Source of the DNA: Raillietiella orientalis
Lineage: Eukaryota
Direction: 5' to 3'
Assembly: GCA_036172245.1 (NCBI GenBank)
Contig: JAYWIR010000011.1
Coordinates: 4,278,001-4,342,000 of the forward strand
Length of the DNA: 64,000 nt
The translations under genes and the position numbers were made by a program. The notes beneath the pieces were generated by a model, which was given only the letters and a program-made list of their open reading frames with translations, was not told the origin of the DNA and ran no database searches. Of the stretch, positions 51,601 to 63,118 are shown piece by piece. Each line of letters opens with the position of its first letter. Position 1 is the stretch's first letter.

Positions 51601-52740
51601 GTTGCATGAATATACACTGCTGGTGACTATACGTTACCAGCAATGTTCACTTATTCCAGTGTTTTCTTGTTCCGAATGATGAAAGCATTTTATGTGAAAA
51701 TCTTAAGCATTTAGAGTTCCTGATGTTGCTGATGCTTCAAGCATGAGCGACAAAAGTTTTCAAAGTTTCCAATGCCAAACCCTGAAATCAGACATTTTCA
51801 CTGCCGCTCATGAAGTTTATTTTATCAAAATAAGGTTCGCAAATTTAGATTTGTTCAATGAGTATGCAAAGAGGACTTGGAACTTATTTTTAGCATCGGT
51901 GAATTCACACGAGGGGATCCGCCAGAAAAAAATTGTCTTTAGTAGAACATGACCTTTTTTTCATCAATTACAAAAATACCATTAATGCATTGGCACACGG
52001 GTCATTAAGCCTGAGAGACTCGAAACCATCGGCAGTTGGGATCTTTGTGTTTTAATTAATGGAGGGTTCAGAAGTGAGATTGTTTGTGGAAACATGAACA
52101 TCCCATCATGGAAACCATGGCATGCTACAGGACTTCAATCAAGGAAATCCTTGATTGCGAGGATCCGACAACTGTCGCAAAATCTTTGTGCAAAGTCTCC
52201 ATTCCCGTTTTTTGTTCAGTAGCGCACGTCAGCCATAAATGGCCTTTCTCTCCAGGACTTGTTGAGTGGGGAAGTAGAGGAGACTGCTATCTCTTAATGA
52301 GTAGCAATGTCGTAGCATGGAATTATTCCTGTTGATGGAACTCACTTAGAAAATGAAGTGTTTTTTTGTTCTTGAGATTTAGGTAATTGGTCACATAAAT
52401 CGGTTGATGTAGCGTATGAGTAAATTATGCCTTAGCAATTTCACGTGCGTTAGCATCGTGGTTCTCAAATGACTAACGTTAACATTTGATCACTTCCTAA
52501 TCTCAAGTATCATCTGCACACGTATAGTTCGTCGAGTCGTAATCGTTTTTGTGTTTGCCTACCGATGAGAGCGTGGGATTCCCTGCGTACTCGGAATCTG
52601 CCCTTTTACTGCAGGACTCATTAATGATCCGAAATAATAAGGTGGCTAGAAATGATTTTCCTTGTTTTTGTTTTTTTCTTCCAGGTGGACCTTGGAGCAT
52701 AAGGTGTGTACTGTGTGATGGACTTATTCATCAGGCGTGA
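38901..52740 (+). CDS. GTF3C4: General transcription factor 3C polypeptide 4 (TFIIIC90/delta), about 673 aa
   Basis: Exons 38901-39029, 44734-44839, 45869-46034, 46415-46623, 47680-47868, 47918-48205, 48432-48624, 49929-50078, 50127-50277, 50568-50811, 51425-51565, 52685-52740 total 2022 nt in frame. Motifs: AVTWSEDN, MLDR...SVSWSPKG...CLLASVTFDHWL, FGLANSPNQ, and a C-terminal zinc finger CSIC...CPNDHKFPRC...C..C...CVLCDG. Confidence 0.9.
41179..42975 (+). CDS. ITFG1: T-cell immunomodulatory protein / LINKIN (integrin-alpha FG-GAP repeat protein 1), 598 aa, intronless CDS nested in GTF3C4 intron 1
   Basis: Single ORF; the first ATG (41179) gives a signal peptide. FG-GAP motifs AFGDFNGDKLTDLF, PADFNGDGALDV and GDFDLDGYPD; LQLPYHLFGLGRTQNFVD; IIPNSQMVIFP; C-terminal TM helix and conserved tail RFHFDAM. 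Confidence 0.97.
   Translation: MIIVRLHSFCLLLTWQVLHVICEDISGDVFGNLRNFIPVAFGDFNGDKLTDLFVLTLDHRMLRILLAIEKDILIGPQNIEPYFQDKLNINCSVNFNEIDNVTPADFNGDGALDVMISVKNKDVTDIYVFWGNLTYLDCRDVNQPLFNVTGQPFVFDYNFDMIPDVLGENTFGQRYVWMFHKTKTFEVIQYECSSQDSDSVTPFNKNYSHAFIDYDGDLSADLVLTVETGFEICLSKASAWITVPYPQESVIRGQSLFIDIDMDGRIDHLLPVCYDEYCRDSSLLLFYGNHWIKLNISLTDEWGNHWKFNDTKSNGGLIIRSGDFDLDGYPDCLMTFSLTNDTVDSKNLCKVVLLHNVMCRDNCLFSRTFEVQWTAFEEFGDTVLGAFFDVHEDGLLEVLLLRYLKHGNTEERYNLAAYRGCSIDDSNFIKVMVSTGVCYADCLFHHVPYGTNQYGSTICYKTVDQNGELQQSCAGQLYQNAYLSLQLPYHLFGLGRTQNFVDSLQIGLPYKSYDRSRSWMQIIPNSQMVIFPYPIDQSVYWLNKLFITPRHSVLLILCFLIGTCFMAWIVVAVLHLRERRIDRKERFLEAYRFHFDAM
43459..43974 (+). CDS. GEMIN6: Gem-associated protein 6 (SMN complex), 171 aa, single-exon CDS nested in GTF3C4 intron 1
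   Basis: Sm-like motif YRGWIYTVDPVSESVVL and C-terminal IQPPYQSDSCVCTNEIILERIQKIL. Acceptor TTTTGCAG ends at 43451; AATAAA at about 43999. Confidence 0.92.
   Translation: MPVFIHSQTDSLGIHRVFKNSPLQLSSFLDKYVLIELFNSAVYRGWIYTVDPVSESVVLQNIEDGQIKVIIISGVHIKKLEILSENKEISQIHKSLFRCESSMPLTDENLKMRKCEIIHAFEKHKIPLIDNGINLYVNEDNFIQPPYQSDSCVCTNEIILERIQKILASIK
50812..51424 (+). other. U12-type (minor spliceosome) AT-AC intron in GTF3C4
   Basis: 5' site ATATCCTTT at 50812, branch site CCTTAAT at 51407-51413, terminal AC at 51423-51424. Removal restores the frame (CSICGE-K-IPIIDVTFGACPNDH); read-through meets TGA at 50823. Confidence 0.9.
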
Positions 52741-53784
52741 TAACCGTCAGATTTCAACAGCATGAAACTGAATGCGTCGGACTTACTTTTCTGCATTTTT
52801 TATATGTTCAAGAAAAACATCTCTCAAAGTTTTCTTCGAAATGACCGATGACCGTCTTTCTTGAGACGGTCACTGCGAAAAATTCTGTGAGAGCACAGAA
52901 ATTGTCTTGTGTAATAAAAAAGTGTGTCACGAGGACATACTGCTGGAATGAAACATTTCGCCGTTATTCTCTTTTACTAGGACGGTTTACGATGGACGTC
53001 GGTTTCCTCATCGTCCTGGCTCTCTGTCGGTTAGCACGCGCTGTCCTCTGTCCTCCAAGTTCTGTTCTCGATGCTCACACTTCCAAAGGTTCACCAGGGC
53101 ATTGATGCTCGGAATCCCTTCTTTAGTTATAACTTCGCTATCCTTAGTGACTGTAAGGGAAGTGTCGCAGCGAAGATCCCAATATCTTTCGGGTTTTTGT
53201 AAGCGGAGGATGAGGTGCCACGACATGGAGGTTTGGGATCCCTATGTTTCTTAAACGAGCTTTCAGTTGCTCTTTGGGTCAAGGTTCACCTTCGCTTCAT
53301 TTCGACCTGTCATTCCTAAGCAATTCCCGGTGTCACCATATCGAAAGTGAATAAGGATCAACAGTCGTCACGAGTTTGTCGGACAGAGCGCCGAGGTTCT
53401 GTAATTCTCGACCAACAGGTAATCGGAGGACATTTGCAGTGATCTGGAAATTTCCCGATTGTTTTTTCGAAAAGTCTGGTGAATTTGCTTTGCGTTGTCT
53501 TTTGACTTTTATCGCCATAATTTCGAGGAAAGTTTGCCCAAGCCTTATCCTGTTAAAGAGTCGGCATGACTGGCTGCCTCGAATCTCCGGAAAGCTTTCA
53601 TAGACGGGAGCGTCGACTCCCGTTTTCGGAGCGAGCTTGGAAACAAGCCATTTCGTGCACCGCTTCCTCCTCCTGCATTGCACAACAGACGTTGGAACTC
53701 CTGGACTTGTTGATTGAGATGAAATTCCTCAATGATGATGCATCGGTATTGCCGTGCCGCTCACGGGACTGAGCGGTCTGTGAG

Positions 53785-54445
53785 CGCGCGTGGGAGGCTT
53801 TGTGGTTAAGGCTCCTGCGAGTGGCACCATACGTCGCGGGTTCGAATACTCCGGCAGAAACGGAAGCCACTGCGTCGTTGGGCTCCTCCTGCAAGATGGC
53901 GCTGGCTGGCCTAATCATTCGGACGTGGACCCGGCGGTGGATTAAGCTGGAGGTCCCCCCGATGAGGGCCGGGACAAATGGGAGTCGACTTCCGGGTCCT
54001 TCCAGGAATCACAGAGTGGGGAGTTTCCCCTCCGATTAGTGAAGGAGCGGACCCCCTGTTCCGGAGGACCCTCCGGATCGTACTGATGGAGTAGGTGTGT
54101 CGCCACACCTCTCCAGAAAGTGCAGAGAAACGACCCGATCCCTTCGGGGAAGCTGCGTCCCTCTGAATTTCGGAAGCGTCCCTTCTGGGTTCTCTTCAGA
54201 GAAGAAAAAAGTGGAGCGGACGCCCTGGGGATCCCTCCAGAGAGAATAAGGAATGAGATTCCCTTCTGGATTCTCCTTTGGAGACAACCAGGGTGGAGGT
54301 GATCTCCGTTTCCGGGGATTCCTTCCCAGACTTGAGAGGAACGGACTCCCTTCTACGGAGCCCTTCCTGGGTTCATAGGGCGGACCCCTCCCGGGATGCC
54401 CATATCTTGAAGAATTACACGCATCCTCGGGTGGCGTGGAACCGT
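53785..54445 (+). mobile_element. tRNA-derived SINE-like element, copy B
   Basis: tRNA-like head GTGGTTAAGG...GTGGCACC...CGCGGGTTCGAATAC (B-box 53839), conserved body, hairpin array, and 3' motif TGAAGAATTACAC...GGCGTGGAA shared with copy C. Confidence 0.8.
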
Positions 54446-56314
54446 GTCGAAGAGCTGCGAAGACAGAAAATAAGGATTTCCATCATCTGCTCTCGTGATC
54501 ATGCTTTCTAGCTGAGCAGGGAATCATTGTATACGCAAAGCATAGTGGACATTGGTCCGGAAGACTCGCAGCTGGCTTGCAGTGGACGCTATTTCGAGTA
54601 CCTCAGGGGCTCAGCTTGCTCTGCTCTTTGTCGAATACGTATTTCGGAAGTCTCGTGACGTGTTCTGGAAGATTTGGGGGAAATTGCAAGCTTGTTAACT
54701 TGACGACAGTGCGATTCGATTATCATGGTCATGGTGTTTCACACGATAAGAAATCATGGCCAATTAATTATGCAACCAAAATAAATATGCAGTCACACAG
54801 AAGGAACGGCAAGGAATTTTCGATTTTTTAGATGGTCTTCCATCAGCAGCCTAGCAGAAGTGCGACAAAACAAATTGCCGATACCTTTATGTTTGCTGCA
54901 GTTTGATTTTTTTTTTTTTTTTAAAGAAAAAAAAAGGGTTTTAATAATTTGCAAGAATAACATAAAGTGGTGGATTACAAAATGATAAATTCCTCGCATG
55001 ATTTGAATGGAGGAAATTTTGACGTCTGGGCAGCGAAAACGTGGACACACGTAGCTTTTGGAAAGCTCACAATAGGAAAACATTGCAGAGACGTTGGCAA
55101 AGAAAATTAGTAACAGTGTCATCAACACTGTGGATTGTGAGCATTCGGAGGTTACGGTTGGATGTATGAGTATGTTACAAACGGTAGGGATGGCGCAAAC
55201 GAACCTACTACGCTGGTGGCACTCTCATGCATCCCATATTTTGTCGCAAATGTGTGAAAGATCCGTAGGAGTGCTCCAGCAAACAGCATCTCCGAGAGCA
55301 TGACAGATGGTGTTCTGAAAGTTTCCAAGTTGAAACTGCATGGCGAGACTGGAGCATGATCGAGGGAGGAGATCCGGAACGACGAGGAAGAAAGGAAGCT
55401 GCTTTGCAAATGGACTGTGTGTTCAAGTGTCTGACTTAACTGTAAAGTCGACTAAACGAAAAGGTACGATTCCTGACCTCAACTCTGCATTCTGACTCTG
55501 GTCAAACGCACAGATCATTTGACAAGGGAAAAGGTAGAAAATACGGTCAATGTGGTGCGGAATCTTGGAATCTGTTTTCAGTGCAGAAAATGGAATTTCA
55601 TGTGTACAGGTGCTTATTATCAAGCTGTGCTATGTCTAGGAAGACTTCGGCAGTATGGGGAAAAGTCTTACGTTACCAAAACACACTGAGCAATCACCTC
55701 TGTACTTATGGTCTCCATTTGTCAGCACGGATTGAAGATGTGCACATCTTTCATTCCGTGAAGCATCCGCAGAACTCTCTTGGGGGCATATTGAAAACCC
55801 GGCGTTTCCTGAGGTTGAGGCACGAGACATAAAGATTGACAATAAACAGCCAACAAGGATGTAACTTTTCTAAAATTTTGATGGCATCCTGCAAGTGTAG
55901 ACGTCGATGAGGGAATATCAGCACTCTTACTATCCAAGAAACTTTTGTAAAATTAGGAAAATTAAAATCATAGATTGATTTTTTTTTTTACTAGATTTTT
56001 TTTTTCTTCAATGAAAACAGAATAAGTCATTCGTTGCTTTTGTAGCTTTTGAACATTTTCATGATGCAGTCTTATTCACATGTTATATAATCCCAAGTAT
56101 GGCTAAAGATTAACTCCTTGGGCATTCCTCTCCTTCCCACTGAACAGTCCATCCACATTAATGAATTTCCAAGTGATATCAATACGTGTAGTAAGTAGTG
56201 GTATAAGTAAAAACAAGTAGTTGCGACTTCAGGAACAGATTTAATGTGATCTAATGTTATTCGTAGAAAGAGTAAAGGTACCCCACATCTGACACCATCA
56301 TAATTTTTGCCCAC

Positions 56315-57165
56315 GTCGGAGACCTTGCAAGGCTTCCGCGCGTGGCACCGTGCGTCGCGGGTTCGAATACTCCGGCAGAAACTGACGCCACTGAGTCATC
56401 GGGTGCCGAGTTTCTCCTGCAAGATGGCGCTGGTTGGCCGAGACATTCAGGCGTGGCACCGGTGGTCGTTTAAGCCGGAGGCCCCCGACGAAGGCCGGAA
56501 CAATGGGAGTAGACCTTCGGGTTTTTGCAGGAATCAAGCAGTGGGGAGTTCCCCCTCCGGTCGTACAACGGAGAGCGGACCCCCCTCAGCGGGAGAACCC
56601 TTCCGGTTTCAACAACATGGAGCAAGGAGCCCTCACGGGCACCTCTCCTAGTTCGATGGAGCCGACCCTCCCTGTTGCGGGAGGGGCCTCCGAGTCGTCG
56701 CCTCTTCACAGAGTGTGCACAAGGAAGCAAGCGAGAGCGATTCCCTGAGGGAAGCTGCAGCGCCCCTTCTGAGTTTCGGAAGTGTCCCTTCGGGGCTCTC
56801 TTCAGAGGAGTGAACAGGAGCGGTTCCCTTGCGGGTTCCCTCCGGAGAAGAAATTCCTACTAGCGGATCCTTTCCGGGTTCCCTTCGGAGAAGATGAAAT
56901 GGAGAACACCACCCCCCTTCCGGAGGGTCCCTCCGGAGAGAATGAGGAAGGGGAGATTCCCTTCGGGGTTCCCCTTCGGAGACAACCAGGGTGGGAGGCG
57001 CGATCCCCCCCATCCGGGGGGGGATCCCTTCCCAAGCGTGAGAGGAACGGACTCTGAGCGCTTCCTGGATTCAGAGGACGGGCCCACCCCCATCCCGGAG
57101 TGCCCCCTATACTGAAGAATTACACCCCCCTGCGGGTTGCCGCAGGCGGCGAGGCGTGGAAACAG
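56315..57165 (+). mobile_element. tRNA-derived SINE-like element, copy C (longest, about 850 bp)
   Basis: GTGGCACC.TGCGTCGCGGGTTCGAATACTCCGGCAGAAAC (B-box 56360). A GC-rich insert in AT-rich DNA, collinear with copy B but with extra internal units. Confidence 0.8.
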
Positions 57166-59885
57166 TAAAAGTTGCACTCGGAGAGAAGTAATTTCTTCAT
57201 TTTTTCAGGAATGCTAAAGTTCTGAAGCAATTCAGTGGAGGAATTTGTTTGCCCGTATTGCTGACACTGGAACTTCCTGATTCTCAGTTTCTTGAGATCT
57301 TGGGAACAATAAATCTAAACTATTGGTTTTTTAAGAATTAATGGCCCTATTCTTGTAAGCTTTCGAAGTTACCAAAATGCTGAATGGGAAAAAACTTGGA
57401 AAGCGAACTGTATCTTCTGAGCTTTTCAGGATTTCTGAAACTGTGAATTCACCATGATATTTACAAAATTTTTATTCATCTCTGTAAAAGTAAAGGATAT
57501 ACAATATCTTAGTTAGAATATTATGATTTTTAAGCATGCTATCCCAGCAAGATATGCATGTATTTGCAAGTTTTCAGGAGCTATACACATCAGCAAATAC
57601 ATTAGAAAAAAGAAAGCGGAAAAAAAGAAGAAATAAAACAGAAATGATTTGTTATGAAAAAGAATCTAATTTTCCTAAAATAAAAGAGGAAAACTAGTAC
57701 CATAAGTACAAGACTTAATATTAAAACAAAATGAAAATTAATTTGAGATTTTAACATTTCCAATAATTTAAATGATTGGCATTACTTCCAGTTACGTTTG
57801 CAATAAACTGGATTCTTTAGATTTTCTGCTCTGCTTTGGATTCAAAATGATAATCTGATATGCCACCCTTCATAGCATTATTATAACGACATTCTCTGTT
57901 ATATGAGTGTGGTCGTCTACATGAGGTTTTTTTTTGTTTGAAATAAAAAAAAAAAAGCCGTGCAGTTTATAAGTTCAGACATTTTTTTTTATCAAATTGT
58001 TTGCTTCTCTTAAAAAAAAATATCTTTTATCATTCCTTTTCTTAGAGTCAAGAAATTTCAAAGATGAGCTTTCAAAGAATTGTGATAATGATTGTGTACG
58101 TGATTATGATTGCTAATGTTGCTAATGAGGAGTCATTGCTTTTTCTGATATGCGGTTGTAGCCATTCAAATCTTTGATGCCATTTCTCTCTGATGTCTTT
58201 CATATTCCTTCATCATATTTGCTGATGCGTTATCTGCTTGGAGGTCAGCAAAAACATCATCAAATTTGAAAACATTGAGATTTAATGAACATAAGGTACG
58301 AGTGTTTGCTAATATAGTTTTGTATCTATGTCAAAAAATATTTGTTTTGGCTTGTACTGGAATTGTAATTGTCTTCATAAATATTGTGATCAGCATGTAT
58401 CAAGTTCATAGTGAAGTAGATTATTTTTTTATCCAATATAAGTAAGTTAATTGAAAGTGGATCAACTCCATACACATCTATGAAAGAGATGAAGTTTTGT
58501 CATCTGGTAATTCTGAGTTCTTGTAAAGAAAAGTTTTCTTGGCGGTTGATTTGAAAATCTGAATGTGGCCGTTGTTATCCTTGAACATAATGTTATCGTG
58601 AATATAGACGTGTATCTACGAAGATAGGATATATAAGCATGAATAGTGAGTATTTGATTGAATGTATCACAGAAATAACAGATGAAGTAATAATGTCAAT
58701 GCTTTGAGATTAATAACGTTTTTAATGGTAGGTTATCGAGGACGTTATGATCTTTAATACCATATCAAAGTTGATTTAAACTTTCACTTGTAGGTATTCA
58801 GTATAATGTGTTCTAGTGTTTAATTTCTCGTATTTAAACTGTGCAAATTCTTGTATATGGATCTCAGGATTCCAAGTTTTCTTGAAATGGAACTGTAAAT
58901 GAATGCTTGTATATGTATAGTGGCATTTAACCTCAGTGCTTGTGATAGACTACCCATGTACATTCATTTTCTGTTCCTGTATTTTTGCAAACAATCAAAC
59001 GGAACCGGAAAGATGATGCCGTATTTCCCTCTTTTGAATTAAATTTGTGATATCTATCAGCCAATTGTATCACATTTTTCTAAGCATTGAACTATGTTAG
59101 AATGTGTGATTAATAAAGTTACAACATACACTACATTAGCTGTTTATCAACTCTGTTCTTACGTTTTCTTCAAGGAACAAATAGGAAGTTGGTTTGATAT
59201 TCTCTCATAAAATATTCAGTACATTGGAAGGTAGTTGATTTGACAAATATTCTAATGCTAGTAGCTGTATGCATTGGGTCAATATATGTTCTATTTTATG
59301 TAAATACAGCATTTTTTCGTAAATTTTTGTGATAATCCTATAGCTCCGAATTTGTTGTGGAGGAGTTTCCAGTTCTGGTTTTTTGTATTATGTAATCAAG
59401 GTACTTCCACCAAACATAGACACGGAAAATTGTTATCATTATTATTATGCTAATAGTCAGCATTCAGTATGTCTACAGCACACTGAGATTTCAAGAATTA
59501 AACTTTTCAGTTTAATGTTTTATACTCATATAACACTTTATGTGCTGTGAATTCGTGTTTCCCTTTTTTTTTAACATGTGTTTTAGTGACCATCAAACTG
59601 GTGCTTTACACAGATCTGTTGCAACACATACTTGCTAAATTGATGATAATGAAAAATTTGAAGCAGAGTATATAGAATATTATAGCTAACTGATCATTGC
59701 CTACATTCATGAGGCTACATAAAGATATGCTTAAAAGTCAACATATTTAGAAAACAGATTTTTAATAGGATGTTTTGTAGCAAAATAATGTTTTATTGGT
59801 TACCTATTTTAATAGGAGCTATTCTTTGCATATTCGTTACCTTTATTTTTGTTTTCGATAAAGGGTTTCTTGTTTATGTTGAGCA

Positions 59886-59920
59886 GACCGTGCTTTCAAA
59901 ATTCTTTTGAAAGCACGGTC
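59886..59920. repeat. Perfect 16-bp inverted repeat with a 3-nt loop
   Basis: GACCGTGCTTTCAAAA-TTC-TTTTGAAAGCACGGTC. Confidence 0.9.
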
Positions 59921-62900
59921 ATGATTTAGAATGACTGTTGGGAGTATCTTTTAAGGTAGTATAGATGATGAACATGGTCTAAAATTGATAATATAAATTG
60001 TTTCTTTTTACTTTGTCAGATTTCTGATTTGATTATAAGCTTTTATAACGTTTTGCGTGCCATGAATGTTAAGGTTATTGATTTTTCGTTTGTTTGGATT
60101 CAAGCAGATGTCATCTGATCCTTCAGATGACAAATCCCCGTTCGTGCCCGTTTTTATGTCTTGTCGGTCGCACAATTTGCATGTACACGTTTTGATGAAA
60201 GTTTTGTTTGCATTCACTTTTTTCTCAAATCGTGGATTTACCAAGAAAAACTTGGTACTGTTTCTTGGAATAGTCACAGTTTCTATAGAATACTCCATGT
60301 TGCAAATCCATTTATGTGAATAGTGGATCATTGACTCTTATGAAGAGGATTTTCTCAAGAACTTTGAAAATAAGGAAACTGAACACTTCCCATGCTGCTG
60401 TACATTAGCTTGTACATTGTCAGAAAGGAAATCACATATGTAACCTATATTTTTGTTCTCCTCAATTTCGTTTCATACATTTATGTGTCCGGTGGTTGGC
60501 GTCTTTCTTATTTTGCAAAAAAAGTCTCCTGAAAAGCCAAAGTTCTCTTTATCAACTTTTCTAGGTTTGTTTTTCAGATTCTCGGTTCTCAAGAACCAAA
60601 GTCTTCCTTGTATCCGTTATCAGGTTTGAAACAGGGCCAAGATAATGATTGACCAGGAATCCTGCTGTGTGGTCTCATATTGTTTTGCTATTCGTATTTG
60701 TTTCATAACGGTATCCGTATTTTGAATTCCTACGGAGTTTATTTGAGTTCCGTGGTTTTGGACATCTGCGAATGTTTCCCGACTGTTCTCTTTGTCTGAG
60801 ACATGCCCGTGGCACTCGACACCGTCATCACTCCAGCAAAACACTCTCAGGCCCCAAGCGCAGTAGGTGCTTTGATTCTGAATTCGTATTATGACCTGCC
60901 CTGATGGACGAATTCCAGGAATATGCAGTGCCTTGAAATTCATTTCTGAAGGAAGGCGGCTCATCGTCTTTTATTGCCTCAAAGTGTCAGAAAGGATGAG
61001 TGGAATCTGCTACTTATTTGAGCCTCTGGACAATGTTTAGCGTTCCTGCATTGCTCAATGCCATTGAGTTTGGTGCCTGGCGGATAGGTTTCTCATCTGT
61101 CGGTTGCCTTCGGTCTGGAAGTCCCTACTGTAAGCAATTCCTAAGCTTGCGCAATGAAAGACGAACAAGCGGAGGAGGTTGGGTCAACCTGGGATTCTGT
61201 GCAAGCCCTAAACGCTAGGTCGTTGAGGTCTGAAGACGGGTGCGCCCGTTTCCGTTCCGCTGTTTCCGTCCCGCTGTTTCCGTCATTCCTTCGGTGGGCG
61301 GATTTTTCCGCCTCGCACGCAATGCGTGCCCTACCGAGCTGCTGTGTGCATTTCTTCGGCACACAGTACACCTCTTCGACCCTGGATTCCTGTTCGAAAC
61401 CCGGCAGCCCGTGTTTCCTCATGACACTCGACACCACCGGAGACCGATGTGACCATCAAGTCCGTGCTCCTGCGGCGCGCAGCCCAGATCGGAGGGGTTG
61501 CACTTTCGAGCGGCAGTCTCCTCCCACACGTCTTGCAACGAGGCCAGGAATCATCAGATTTCTCGTACCGAAATCAGAATGTTGGCGTGTTTTTGTTTAC
61601 ACTGAACGTCTTCAGAGAGGGTAGTCACTATTGAGCCATGGCTTGCCCTGACAAGGCGTCTCCTTCACTTTACGTTCTCCAACGTCTCAGAGGTGCTTCG
61701 AGTTCTCTATTTTCACGGTTTCCGCTCTCTTCTTCTTCTTGGACCCAAAGAAGCACGCGAGGAATTCCTCGCAAAATCATCGAAATCGACGATTGGATTC
61801 ATTTCACACGCTTTCACGGGTTATGGATTTTAGGTGGCTCTCACGATTTCAAGATACTTGTAGAAAGGCTCCACGGGTTGCGTGGACACTGATGCATGAA
61901 ACTGTAGTGGGACTCACTTTCCTGGTTTCGTTATCGCACCATCTTAAATCATTCTTGATTTCTGACTATTGCACGGCGGCCTTGTTGCCATCGCTTACCA
62001 ATCATCCGTCCCATTGTGGCTCTTTCAGCGTCCCGCATTCTTTTTGGATTTCCTTTTCCACTGAAAAGCGATCTGCCTTGGAAACGGTGGCAGTCGCAAA
62101 GTTGTCAAATGAAAACCGCAAACACGCAGCCTGAAAAGAAGTGCCAATGCAACAGCTATGCAAAATACTTTGTTCGATCAGGATTCGGAATTCTGTTGAC
62201 ACCGCGGTCTGCGGAAGGCTCACCAGGGTCATGCGAGTTTCCAATTGCAAGAACGGGCATCGGATTGCATGTCCGTGTACCTCGAGAATCCCCCCCCGTC
62301 CCCACTCCCCTGCTGCCAAGCGTGGCGCGTGCCCCGAAGCATCGCGACAGGTAATGCCTGTCGGGATGCTCGAGTGGATGCTGTCCTTTTCGGTGTTGGC
62401 AACTGATGGCACTTCAGTGCGTCAGAGGATGGTTAGTCTAATCGAAATTTTGGGTCATTTGTGTATACCACGTGTTCCTTCAGGGTTCCCCGTCAGTTTG
62501 CTCGGGGGGGGGGGCATTTATTTGCTAATCTGATTCTTGCCATGCTTGTTTTCTCACCATGCACATACGTCTCCGAAAGCTTCATGTGCTCGTAGCTGTA
62601 GGGTATCATTCGTAAAAAAAAAAAAAAAAAAAAAAAAAACTTGATTTCTTTGCAAAGATAGGACCGCATTTAAACCGAAAGCTGCCAGCAGCAAGGTCAT
62701 TGACCAAAATTATGGCCAATGGATTTGGCTGGCCACGTCTGATTTTCCAGATGTCTCTCACGGTCTTCAAAAAGCAGCGTTCCCCCCCTGATTCAATTTG
62801 CGAAATTCAGTTTTCGTTCGATTTGCAAGATGAGGGATGAGGAACTGTGTGTACGCTTCCATGTTGGTCCGTGAAAGTAGAACGGAAAAGAAAGGCATTT

Positions 62901-63118
62901 TTTTTTTTTTTCTTGCTGTATGATACCTCACACGTAGTTAAAGAGTTCGCATTTGAGATGAATCCGTTTTCTCAGCTGCAATAATTCACTCAAGCAGGTT
63001 GCACAGTATACGCCATTGCTCTCAGTGCTTTGCTCAGACAAATAGAATGCATATTGAAATGGATGCACGTCGTTTCGCGGTTCTGTTCTGCTCGTGATGC
63101 ATATCTTTTTGTTTTAAG

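Noticed and set aside
53800..53860. Functional tRNA genes at the three GGTTCGAAT sites
   Set aside because: No acceptor or T stem closes, there is no oligo-T terminator, and homology continues for hundreds of bases, so these are SINE heads.
53958..53980. Hammerhead-like CCGATGAGGGCCGGGAC (copy C CCGACGAAGGCCGGAAC) in the SINE body
   Set aside because: All three copies lack the invariant CUGANGA and GAAA core nucleotides, so it cannot be called a hammerhead.
56735..56995. CRISPR-like array of palindromic repeats with spacers
   Set aside because: Units are degenerate, linkers are short and purine-rich, the context is eukaryotic and there are no cas genes.
52740..57165. Functional link between B-box-bearing SINEs and the adjacent TFIIIC subunit gene
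   Set aside because: Copies also occur elsewhere in the window, so proximity is likely chance for an abundant repeat.
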